This document shows positions 9,695-17,366 of a stretch of 64,000 nt of DNA, in pieces. Every line of letters starts with the position of its first letter. The stretch's first letter is position 1. The notes beneath the pieces are model-generated. The model was not told the DNA's origin. It saw only the letters and a list, made by a program, of their open reading frames with translations, and ran no database searches. The DNA comes from Desulfatiglandales bacterium (lineage in GTDB: Bacteria > Desulfobacterota > DSM-4660 > Desulfatiglandales > HGW-15): NCBI GenBank assembly GCA_041685835.1, contig JAWLEX010000002.1, forward strand, positions 1,973 to 65,972, given 5' to 3'. Position numbers and translations under genes: made by a program.

Positions 9695-9890
9695 GCCATC
9701 CCCCGGAGAAGGGTGCGGCTGAATCCGATCACCGATGCGAAGCGGCGAAACCCCTCGCAGAAGTAAACAGGGCCTGGCTTTTCATCTCCTGTGCCCGCTT
9801 GTAAGCCAGCATGTATTGATCTTGTGCAACAAATATTTGGCCCCAGTCGGAGTGACATGACCAGCAGATACCGGGCGGTGAATATGGATA

Positions 9891-10066
9891 GTTTCCATCC
9901 AGAAACGCTTTTTGGGCACTGGCAAGTTTCCAATTCAGAAATGAGGATTTTTTGTCAAGATCAAGGAAATCAAGAGGTTGCGCGGAGGCGTACTGAAGTA
10001 CGCCGCACAAGCAACCTCGCAGATTGACGCCGAGATTGGCAAAAAAGACCATTTCTGGATGGAAAC
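9891..10066 (+). mobile_element. MITE-like 176-bp repeat, copy C
   Basis: Perfect 15-nt TIR GTTTCCATCCAGAAA / TTTCTGGATGGAAAC. Flanked by the direct duplication TGGATA (9885-9890 and 10067-10072). Confidence 0.88.
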
Positions 10067-10231
10067 TGGATAAGATCAAGAATGTTTTTGGAGGGTAATG
10101 ATGGACGCCTGCTAGGCCGTTACGGATGAACAAGGGTATATCCGGCGAGGGCTGGTTGAACACGCTACAAACCAAGTGGTCTGCGACAGTCTGGAGACAA
10201 CCTCGAATCAGCTGACTACTTGAAATTCCTT

Positions 10232-10307
10232 TGGTAGTCCCAACGGGACTCGAACCCGTGTCTTCGGCGTGAGAGGCCGATATCCTAGACCGCTAGACGA
10301 TGGGACC
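10232..10307 (-). tRNA. tRNA-Glu (anticodon CUC)
   Basis: The reverse complement GGTCCCATCGTCTAGCGGTCTAGGATATCGGCCTCTCACGCCGAAGACACGGGTTCGAGTCCCGTTGGGACTACCA folds as a cloverleaf. Anticodon loop is CTCTCAC. CCA is encoded. Confidence 0.9.
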
Positions 10308-10347
10308 AACATATGAAAATCCCCGCTTGGGAGCGGGGTTTCAGCTA

Positions 10348-10421
10348 TGGCTGGGGGACGAGGATTCGAACCTCGATTAACGGGGCCAGAACCCGTCGTA
10401 TTGCCCTTATACGATCCCCCA
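10348..10421 (-). tRNA. tRNA-Gln (anticodon CUG)
   Basis: The reverse complement TGGGGGATCGTATAAGGGCAATACGACGGGTTCTGGCCCCGTTAATCGAGGTTCGAATCCTCGTCCCCCAGCCA folds as a cloverleaf. Anticodon loop is TTCTGGC. CCA is encoded. Confidence 0.9.
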
Positions 10422-10442
10422 ACGATCTTTCAGATTAATAAT

Positions 10443-10459
10443 TTGACTGTGAAAGTCAA
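10443..10459 (-). terminator. Hairpin after the opp operon; its TTGACT arm may double as the -35 of the tRNA promoter
   Basis: TTGACT-gtgaa-AGTCAA lies 9 nt after the stop of the last opp gene. On the minus strand it is followed by an AT-rich tract (ATTATTAATC) about 20 nt before the tRNA-Gln 5' end. Confidence 0.35.
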
Positions 10460-10467
10460 GGAAAAAG

Positions 10468-11460
10468 TCATCCGCCCATCACCTTCCAGCAGCGTACACG
10501 GTGTCCGTGGCCGGCCTCATAAAAGGGAATCTCCTGTTCACGACAGCGGTCTTCCACAAGACGGCAGCGTCCCTGGAACTTGCAGCCGGGAGGCGGGTTG
10601 AATGGGCTGGGAACATCCCCGCCCAGTGCCTGCCGCTCAATGCGATGGTCCGGGTCCGGATCGGGCACCGCGGCAAGCAGGGCCTGGGTGTAAGGGTGGA
10701 GCGGCGTCTCGAAGAGATCGTCCGCCGCGGCTATTTCCATGATGTGCCCCAGGTACATGACGGCCACGGTATCACTGATGTATCCCACCACGTTCAGATC
10801 GTGGGAGATGAACAGGTAGCTCAATTCCATTCGGGCCTGCAACTCTTCGAGCAGGTTGATGATCTGCGCCTGAATGGATACGTCCAGGGCCGAAACCGGC
10901 TCGTCGCAGACCACGAGGGAGGGTTCGACGCTCAGGGCGCGGGCCACGCCCACACGCTGGCGCTGGCCACCGCTGAACTCGTGTGGATACCGGTCGGCCG
11001 CAGACGGATCAATGCCCACAAGCCCAAGGAGTTCACCGACCCGTTCGGCCCGCTCAAAGCCTCTTTTCATCCCCAGAATGCGAAGCCCTTCTTCGATGGC
11101 CTGGCCCACGGTCATGCGTGGATTCAGGGACCCGAAAGGATCCTGAAAGATGATCTGCATCTCCCGCCGCAGAGGTGCCATGGCCCGGCGGTCGTAGCCG
11201 GTGATGTCGTTTTCCCGGTAGATGACCCGGCCCCGGTCAGGCTCCAGCAGCTTGAGAATGACCCGGCCCACCGTGGATTTACCGCAGCCGCTCTCGCCCA
11301 CGAGCCCAAGGGTTTTTCCGGGTTCAAGGAGCAGGTCCACGCCGTCCACGGCCTTGATGTACCCGACGGTGCGCCTCATAAAACCCCTCTGCACGGGAAA
11401 GTGCTTGACCAGGCCCTCGACCTTGAGGAGGGGTTCGGCTCGGGGTGCCGGGGCATTCAT
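10468..11460 (-). CDS. Peptide ABC transporter ATP-binding protein (OppF/DppF-like)
   Basis: 330 aa. Walker A GESGCGKST, signature FSGGQRQR, and a C-terminal oligopeptide-type Cys motif. Confidence 0.9.
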   Translation of the reverse strand: MNAPAPRAEPLLKVEGLVKHFPVQRGFMRRTVGYIKAVDGVDLLLEPGKTLGLVGESGCGKSTVGRVILKLLEPDRGRVIYRENDITGYDRRAMAPLRREMQIIFQDPFGSLNPRMTVGQAIEEGLRILGMKRGFERAERVGELLGLVGIDPSAADRYPHEFSGGQRQRVGVARALSVEPSLVVCDEPVSALDVSIQAQIINLLEELQARMELSYLFISHDLNVVGYISDTVAVMYLGHIMEIAAADDLFETPLHPYTQALLAAVPDPDPDHRIERQALGGDVPSPFNPPPGCKFQGRCRLVEDRCREQEIPFYEAGHGHRVRCWKVMGG

Positions 11461-12452
11461 GTCCGGGCCTCCCGTTCAGGGTCAGCGAATGTCACGGGGC
11501 ACCGGGCAAGGTGCTCATCCCCCCAGTCACACATTTCAGGCAAGGCCCTTCCGCACTCGGGCCGGGCGATGGGACATCGTGGATGAAAAGGGCACCCGGA
11601 AGGCTTGCGCGCCGGATCGGGAACGGCCCCGGGTACGCTGTGAAGCGAGCCTCCCCGTCTAGCCCGGGAAGGAAGTGAGGCCAGCAGACCCTGAGTGTAA
11701 GGGTGCCGGGGTTGGTGAAATATATGGCGGGCGGACCCCTGCTCTGCGATGATTCCGGCATACATTACGTAGATGCGGTCCGCGATCTGGGCCACCACGC
11801 CAAGGTCATGGGTGATGTAGAGGAGCGACAACCCCTTTCGCCGCTTCAGATCGCTGAACAGGTTCAGGATCTGGACCTGTATGGTGACATCCAGTGCGGT
11901 GGTGGGCTCATCCGCGATGAGCAGGGCCGGGTCGCAGGCCAGGGCCATTGCGATCATCACCCGCTGTCGCTGCCCGCCGCTGAGCTGGTGGGGGTAATCA
12001 TAAAGCCTTTCTTCGGGGGAAGGGATGCCCACATCCCGAAGTAGAGCGATGCAGCGGTCCCGAAGGGCTCCATGGTCCAAGGACCGGTGCGCCAGTATTG
12101 CCTCCCCGATCTGGTCCTTGATTCGAAAGACCGGGTTAAGGGATGTCATGGGTTCCTGGAAGACCATGGCCAGATGGTTGCCGCGGATACTCCGGAGTTC
12201 CTCTTGACCCAGCTCGAGGAGGTCCCGGCCGCGGAAGAGTATCCGCCCCTGAAATACCTCGGCCGGCGGTACCGGGAGGATACCCAGGATCGAGAGGGCC
12301 GACACGGTCTTGCCGCATCCGGACTCCCCTACGAGGCACACGGTCTCTCCGTGTCGCACCTCGTAACTCACGCCCTCCAGTGCGAGCGCAACTTCGTGTC
12401 GTCCCCTAAACCGGAGGTGCAGGTCTTGTATGGATAGAAGAGCTTCGTTCAT
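11457..12452 (-). CDS. Peptide ABC transporter ATP-binding protein (OppD/DppD-like)
   Basis: 331 aa. Walker A GESGCGKT and signature LSGGQRQR. 4-nt overlap with the downstream gene. Confidence 0.9.
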   Translation of the reverse strand: MNEALLSIQDLHLRFRGRHEVALALEGVSYEVRHGETVCLVGESGCGKTVSALSILGILPVPPAEVFQGRILFRGRDLLELGQEELRSIRGNHLAMVFQEPMTSLNPVFRIKDQIGEAILAHRSLDHGALRDRCIALLRDVGIPSPEERLYDYPHQLSGGQRQRVMIAMALACDPALLIADEPTTALDVTIQVQILNLFSDLKRRKGLSLLYITHDLGVVAQIADRIYVMYAGIIAEQGSARHIFHQPRHPYTQGLLASLPSRARRGGSLHSVPGAVPDPARKPSGCPFHPRCPIARPECGRALPEMCDWGDEHLARCPVTFADPEREART

Positions 12453-13612
12453 CTCTCCCTCAGCTTGGGATTCAGCACGTCCCGCAGGCCTTCCCCGAAC
12501 AGGTTGAAGGACAGCACAACTATCAGGATGGCGATTCCAGGGACAAAGGTCAGCCAGGGGGCGTCAAAGATGAACCGCTTTCCGTCCGAGAGGATGTTTC
12601 CCCAGGTGGCGTGGGGCGGCGGCACACCGAACCCCAGGAAGCTCAGCCCCGCCTCGGTGAGGATGGCCGTGGCGATGCCGATGGTGGCCGATACCAGGAC
12701 CGGCGCCACGGCATTGGGGATCATGTGCCGGAATATGATCCTCCAGTCGCTCACGCCCAGTGCCCGGGCCGCGGTCACGAAGTCCTGTTCCCTCAGGGAA
12801 AGGAACTCGGCGCGCACGAACCGGGCGGCCCCCATCCAGCTCGTAAGCCCGATCACGATCATAATGTTGTAGATGCTTGCCGGGAGCAGGGCCACCACCG
12901 TGAGGATGAGGAAGAAGCTGGGGAAGCAGAGCATGATATCCACGAAACGCATGATCAAGGTGTCCACGGAGACGCCCCCGAGCGCGGCCGGCCGTTTCCC
13001 GCGGGAGGTAAGCGCGATCCAGGCCGTGCCTGCGGCAAGGAGCGCAGCCCCGATCGCCGGGGACCCGGCGGCTGCTATCACCACGCCGGCCAGGGCGATA
13101 AAGGCGGCCAGGATGTGATCGGACCGGATGCTGAGGTCCCCGAAATACCCGGCGACTCCTCCCATCAGTATGCCCAGCAATACCGAGATGCCTACGGCCA
13201 CGAATCCTACTGTGAGGGAAACCCAGGACCCCTGGAGCATGCGGGCGAAGACGTCCCGGCCGAGATCGTCCGTCCCCAGGAGGTAAATCCCCAATGCCGG
13301 CGTCTCTTCAGGGCTCAATAACTCGGTGTTGGGCATGGAGAGCGGGGAGCGGAGCTTTTCCTGAAGCCTGATCTGGGCCGGATCCAGCAGCGGGTCCACC
13401 CCCGAGGTGAGGGCCAGGCCGGACACGGCCACCAGGAAGAAGGCGACGAACACCACCATCCCGGAAAGAGCAAGTCCGTTTCGGCGAAGCTCTTCCCACG
13501 CCTCCTGCAGCCGTGTGCGCCTGGGGGCTTCGGGTGCCTGGAACTCCGTGTCCGCGATTGCGGCTGGGTTTTGAGTCGAATCCGGCATATGGGGTCTCTT
13601 CCCCTCCTTCAA
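12449..13612 (-). CDS. Peptide ABC transporter permease (OppC/DppC-like) with an extended N-terminus
   Basis: 387 aa. Binding-protein-dependent transport EAA region (…AARALGVSDWRIIFRHMIPN…). Confidence 0.88.
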   Translation of the reverse strand: MKEGKRPHMPDSTQNPAAIADTEFQAPEAPRRTRLQEAWEELRRNGLALSGMVVFVAFFLVAVSGLALTSGVDPLLDPAQIRLQEKLRSPLSMPNTELLSPEETPALGIYLLGTDDLGRDVFARMLQGSWVSLTVGFVAVGISVLLGILMGGVAGYFGDLSIRSDHILAAFIALAGVVIAAAGSPAIGAALLAAGTAWIALTSRGKRPAALGGVSVDTLIMRFVDIMLCFPSFFLILTVVALLPASIYNIMIVIGLTSWMGAARFVRAEFLSLREQDFVTAARALGVSDWRIIFRHMIPNAVAPVLVSATIGIATAILTEAGLSFLGFGVPPPHATWGNILSDGKRFIFDAPWLTFVPGIAILIVVLSFNLFGEGLRDVLNPKLRER

Positions 13613-14568
13613 AGCCGTATGCGGGGGTCCACGACCATGTAGAGCAGGTCGGACAGGAACGTCCCTGCGAGCACCAGAACCGCGGAAATGAAGTTGACCG
13701 TGAGGATTATGGGGTAATCCCTTGCCAGTATGGCCTCATAGGCCATCCGTCCCATGCCGGGCCACGAAAAAATGGACTCGATGATCACGGAACCGCCTAT
13801 GAGGCCCGGCAGGATAAGGCCGAACATTGTAACGAAGGGGAGCAGGGCGTTTCGAAGGGCATGCCGGTAATGGACCTGCTCCTCGGGAAGCCCCTTGGCC
13901 CGGGCCGTGCGAATATAGTCCTGGCCTTCCACCTCCAGCATCTGGCTCCGGACGTACCGGCTGAGCACGGCGATTCCGCCGGTGGCGCCCAGCACCGACG
14001 GGAGCAGGAGGTGCCAGACCCTGTCCATGAGCATGCGAATAGTGGATGCATCGGCCAGCCCGAAGGTCTCCATCCCTATGACCGGCACCTGGAACCGGCT
14101 CACCACAAGAATGATGAGGATATAGGCGAAGAAGAACCCGGGTATGGAGATCAGCAGGTATGCCAGGAGCGTGGCGGTGCGGTCATAGAGCCCTCCGCGG
14201 CGGATGGCCGAGCGTATCCCTACGGGAAACGACAGGGTCCATGTGATGAGGGTCCCCACTATGAACAGGGGCAGGCTGTTCAGGAATCGCTCCCAGATCT
14301 TGATGAGAACCGGCTGGTTGTCTTTCCACGAGACCAGATCGCCCGTCAGGAGGTTTCGATAGAAAAAGGCATACTGGACGTGAAGGGGCTTGTCCAGATG
14401 AAAGGCCTTGCGAAAGCGTTCCACCATCTCGGGCGTGAACTTGGGGTTGAGGGGGTCCACCTGGCTGGGCTCGCCCGGCGCCAGGTGGATGATCAAAAAA
14501 CTCAGCACGGACACGAAGAAAAGCGTGACCGCCTTCTGGATGACGCTTCGCCCGATAAAGGACACCAT
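13609..14568 (-). CDS. Peptide ABC transporter permease (OppB/DppB-like)
   Basis: The start MVSFIGRSVIQK (14568) is preferred. The 14628 start of the raw ORF runs into MITE copy D. Typical motif TARAKGLPE. Confidence 0.85.
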   Translation of the reverse strand: MVSFIGRSVIQKAVTLFFVSVLSFLIIHLAPGEPSQVDPLNPKFTPEMVERFRKAFHLDKPLHVQYAFFYRNLLTGDLVSWKDNQPVLIKIWERFLNSLPLFIVGTLITWTLSFPVGIRSAIRRGGLYDRTATLLAYLLISIPGFFFAYILIILVVSRFQVPVIGMETFGLADASTIRMLMDRVWHLLLPSVLGATGGIAVLSRYVRSQMLEVEGQDYIRTARAKGLPEEQVHYRHALRNALLPFVTMFGLILPGLIGGSVIIESIFSWPGMGRMAYEAILARDYPIILTVNFISAVLVLAGTFLSDLLYMVVDPRIRL

Positions 14569-14585
14569 GGTGAACTCCGTATCTA

Positions 14586-14761
14586 GTTTCCATCCAGAAA
14601 TGGTCTTTTTTGCCGATCTCGGCGTCAATCTGCGAGGTTGCTTGTGCGGCGTACTTCAGTACGCCTCCGCGCAACCTCTTGATCTCCTTGATCTTGACAA
14701 AAAATCCTCATTTCTGAATTGGAAACTTGCCAGTGCCCAAAAAGCGTTTCTGGATGGGCAC
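14586..14761 (-). mobile_element. MITE-like 176-bp repeat, copy D
   Basis: Full-length reverse-orientation copy. Flanks are TATCTA / TGACTA, matching at only 4 of 6 positions. Confidence 0.85.
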
Positions 14762-14783
14762 TGACTAATATTTTTAATCTTTT

Positions 14784-14846
14784 CTTCGTGTTCTTCGTGG
14801 TGAGAAAGCGTGTAATCCGCCACGAAGGGCGTGAAGAACTCGAAGG
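14784..14846. repeat. CACGAAGAN 9-mer repeat, inverted pair (imperfect hairpin)
   Basis: CTTCGTGTTCTTCGTGGTG … CCACGAAGGGCGTGAAGAACTCGAAGG, between the SBP gene stop and MITE D. Confidence 0.6.
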
Positions 14847-14901
14847 AAATGATGGTAAGACACCGGCTGCGACTCCATGACACACTCAAGTAATGGCGTA
14901 C

Positions 14902-17037
14902 TCAGTGAGCGGCCAACTCGGGTGTGTGAGGCAGCTTGACCCACTGGTTGAAGTCGAACATGTAGTTCCCGGTCCGCGTGGGCGTAATCGGCCGGTATTG
15001 GTCGTTCCCCTCTTTGTCCTGCTCCTGAATCACGATCCGCCTGTCCAGCACGGCCGTCCACTTGCCCACGTAGAGAAAGGTGTATGGCTGTTCCCGGGCG
15101 ATGATTTCGTGCAGGCGCCGGCAGTAGGCCACCTGCCGCTCGCGATTGTACTCCTGCCTTATCTTGACTATGAGGTCGTCCGCCTCCGTGTTTTCAAACC
15201 CCACGAAGTTGAGCTGGTTGGGGCCGCTCTGGGAGGAGTGCCAGATCTGAAAAAGGTCCGGTTCTATGCCCATGCTCCACCCCAGGACCAGGGCGTCGAA
15301 ATCGGCCCTGTCAACGCGTTCCTGAATGAACACGGACCACTCGAGCAGGTCGGTGCGGACGTCGATGCCGAGCCGCCGCCAGGCGTCCTGAGCCACGGCC
15401 AGGACCGCCTTTCTGATGTCGTTTCCGCTGTTGGTGATGAGTGTGAAGCTCAACCGCTCGCCGTCCTTTTCGAGCCACCCGTCCCGGTTGCGCTTCCATC
15501 CGGCCTTCTCGAGGAGTTGAAGGGCGCCTTCCGGGTCGTAAGGAAGGGGCTTGATGCCGGGGTCATAGAAGTCCGTCTGCTTGACAAAGGGCCCGGTGAT
15601 CCGTTCGGCCTGTCCGTGGAGCACGTATTGCATGATCTTGTCCACATCGATGGCCATGCCCAGGGCCCTTCTCACCCTCGGATCGTCAAAGGGTTTGCGG
15701 CGCATGTTGTATCCGATGTAGGTGTAACCGAAGCTGAGGCCTGAGAAGCTCTGAAAGCGCGGGTCCTCCTCGAGCCGCTCCACCTGGTGGGGCTGTACTC
15801 CGTATGAGTCCAGTGTCCCGGCGTAGAACTCCATCTCCTGGGTGAGCAGGTCCGGGATGATCCGATAGACATAACTCAGATAGTTGGGTGCACCCTCCCA
15901 GTAGTCCTCGAAGCGGTCCAGAATGATTTGCCGGTCCGACGCCCACTGGCGGAACTTGAACGGGCCGCAGCCCACGGGATTGCGGTTGAAGAGGCTCTGA
16001 CGCATTGTAAAGGTATCAGGATCCCTGCCCCGTTCTATCGCCTCGGCCCGAAGTGCCTCCCGGTTGAGCAGGTGCTCGGGAAGGACTCCCATACCCCACG
16101 TGCCCAGAGCGGGCGAATAGAGGCGTTTGTAGACAACTCGAAGGGTCAGGGCATCCACCACCTCCACCTGCTTCACCGGTTCGTAGTCCGCGGTTCGGGG
16201 AGATAGGTTGTCCGGGTTCATGATCGCCTCGTATGTGAACTTCACGTCCCCGGCGTCCACGACGTGCCCGTCGTGGAAACGCACGTCCTCCCGCAGGTGA
16301 AAGGTGATAATCGGGTTGTGCTCAAAGGCGGGCAGGGTCTCCCGCGCAATCCGGTCCAGTTCGGATTGGGAAAGGGTGAAAGGGGCATCCACCACTTCGA
16401 TGTGGTTGGAGGCCGGAAAGGAAGTGAAATATTCCTTTCCCAGGATACGTTCGAGGCGGTCGAAGAGTTCCTGATCCACGCTCTTCAGGGTGAGCCTGAT
16501 CCGGGCCGGTTCGCGAACGAGAAGCCGGATTTGTACCATTTCCTCTTCCGGGCCGGGTACAAAGGTGTTTTCGATACGTTCCTCCGGTTGAAGGACTTCC
16601 ATACGCCGGATGTTGTCCAGGGCCTCGCGGGTCTCCTGGTCCAGGGGGATTTCCCCGGCCCTGGCCCGCTCGATCAGGCGGGCTTTGTCTTCGGCCTCGG
16701 TCCCATCCGCTCCGGGTGGAATTGTGAGTGAGTTTACCCGAAAGAGGGCGATCTCGTGGATCTCCCAGGAGCGGGCCAGGCGTCCCCGGAAGCTCAGGTC
16801 GCGGTCCCGGTCGATGAGGCCCTCGAATACCATGTTTTGAATGTCGCTGCTGGAGGTGTCCGCGGACAGGATGGGATTGAGGACACTGGCGTCGCCAATG
16901 GACCCTGTTATGTATTCGTGAAGCCGCCTGGGATTTCCACGGGTCTGCTCCTCGTAGGTGGGGACCCAGAAGTAGGACTGCAACAGAAAGGCGATAATAA
17001 CCAGAGGGGCGATTATGAGGAGCCTGCGGGTGGTCAT
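14902..17037 (-). CDS. ABC transporter substrate-binding protein, family 5 (OppA/DppA-like), N-terminally membrane-anchored
   Basis: The start MTTRRLLIIAPLVIIAFLL (17037) is preferred. The 780-aa raw ORF is extended through MITE copy E. SBP_bac_5-like body. Confidence 0.85.
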   Translation of the reverse strand: MTTRRLLIIAPLVIIAFLLQSYFWVPTYEEQTRGNPRRLHEYITGSIGDASVLNPILSADTSSSDIQNMVFEGLIDRDRDLSFRGRLARSWEIHEIALFRVNSLTIPPGADGTEAEDKARLIERARAGEIPLDQETREALDNIRRMEVLQPEERIENTFVPGPEEEMVQIRLLVREPARIRLTLKSVDQELFDRLERILGKEYFTSFPASNHIEVVDAPFTLSQSELDRIARETLPAFEHNPIITFHLREDVRFHDGHVVDAGDVKFTYEAIMNPDNLSPRTADYEPVKQVEVVDALTLRVVYKRLYSPALGTWGMGVLPEHLLNREALRAEAIERGRDPDTFTMRQSLFNRNPVGCGPFKFRQWASDRQIILDRFEDYWEGAPNYLSYVYRIIPDLLTQEMEFYAGTLDSYGVQPHQVERLEEDPRFQSFSGLSFGYTYIGYNMRRKPFDDPRVRRALGMAIDVDKIMQYVLHGQAERITGPFVKQTDFYDPGIKPLPYDPEGALQLLEKAGWKRNRDGWLEKDGERLSFTLITNSGNDIRKAVLAVAQDAWRRLGIDVRTDLLEWSVFIQERVDRADFDALVLGWSMGIEPDLFQIWHSSQSGPNQLNFVGFENTEADDLIVKIRQEYNRERQVAYCRRLHEIIAREQPYTFLYVGKWTAVLDRRIVIQEQDKEGNDQYRPITPTRTGNYMFDFNQWVKLPHTPELAAH

Positions 17038-17155
17038 AGGATTGTTCGCAAGGGGTTTGCTTTGGAACCGTCTCTTTTGAGGCGTCAGTCTAGCACAATT
17101 CCTGTACGATGCAATTGGGAAACCGGCACCGGTGTGATAGATGGAAACTAGAGTA

Positions 17156-17331
17156 GTTTCCATCCAGAAATGGTCTTTTTTGCCAATCTCGGCGTCAATC
17201 TGCGAGGTTGCTTGTGCGGCGTACTTCAGTACGCCTCCGCGCAACCTCTTGATTTCCTTGATCTTGACAAAAAATCCTCATTTCTGAATTGGAAACTTGC
17301 TAGTGCCCAAAAAGCGTTTCTGGATGGGCAC
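17156..17331 (-). mobile_element. MITE-like 176-bp repeat, copy E
   Basis: Full-length reverse-orientation copy flanked by the direct duplication TAGAGTA (17149-17155 and 17332-17338). Confidence 0.88.
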
Positions 17332-17366
17332 TAGAGTAGTATTATCCGGAGGAGAGAAGGGGGAGC

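Noticed and set aside
9729-10175. 148-aa minus-strand ORF spanning MITE copy C, considered as a real gene or a gene disrupted by the insertion.
   Set aside because: Most of its length is MITE sequence or unremarkable flanks. The non-MITE parts show no recognisable family motif and no SD. It is treated as spurious, although a short C-terminal gene remnant at 9729-9890 cannot be excluded without a database search.
10321-10338. Hairpin CCCCGC-ttggga-GCGGGG between tRNA-Gln and tRNA-Glu, considered as a terminator.
   Set aside because: A terminator between two co-transcribed tRNA genes is odd, and the flanking U-tracts are short on both strands (ATTTTC / TTT). It is more likely a processing or stability hairpin, and was not reported as a feature.
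10501-11586. Very long ORFs antisense to clear genes: 10501-11586, 13513-14586, 26912-28303, 29394-30458, 36759-37808, 40190-41347, 46931-48340, 55709-56794, 58179-59273 and 60019-61371.
   Set aside because: Each lies opposite a gene with strong family motifs (opp ATPase and permease genes, lysC, pdxJ, the small ATPase, Lon-like protease, murE, murC, ftsQ/ftsA, ftsZ). Their products are Arg/Gly/Pro/His-rich and low-complexity, as expected for stop-poor antisense frames in GC-rich DNA.
14586-17331. Composite transposon formed by MITE copies D and E carrying the binding-protein gene.
   Set aside because: The outer flanks of the pair do not share a duplication (TATCTA versus TAGAGTA), and copy E has its own complete TAGAGTA duplication. 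This indicates two independent insertions into a pre-existing operon.
1-17338. The recurring 176-bp sequence as a CRISPR array or tandem repeat.
   Set aside because: Copies are kilobases apart, occur in both orientations, are far longer than CRISPR repeats, and carry TIRs with target duplications. No cas genes are present.
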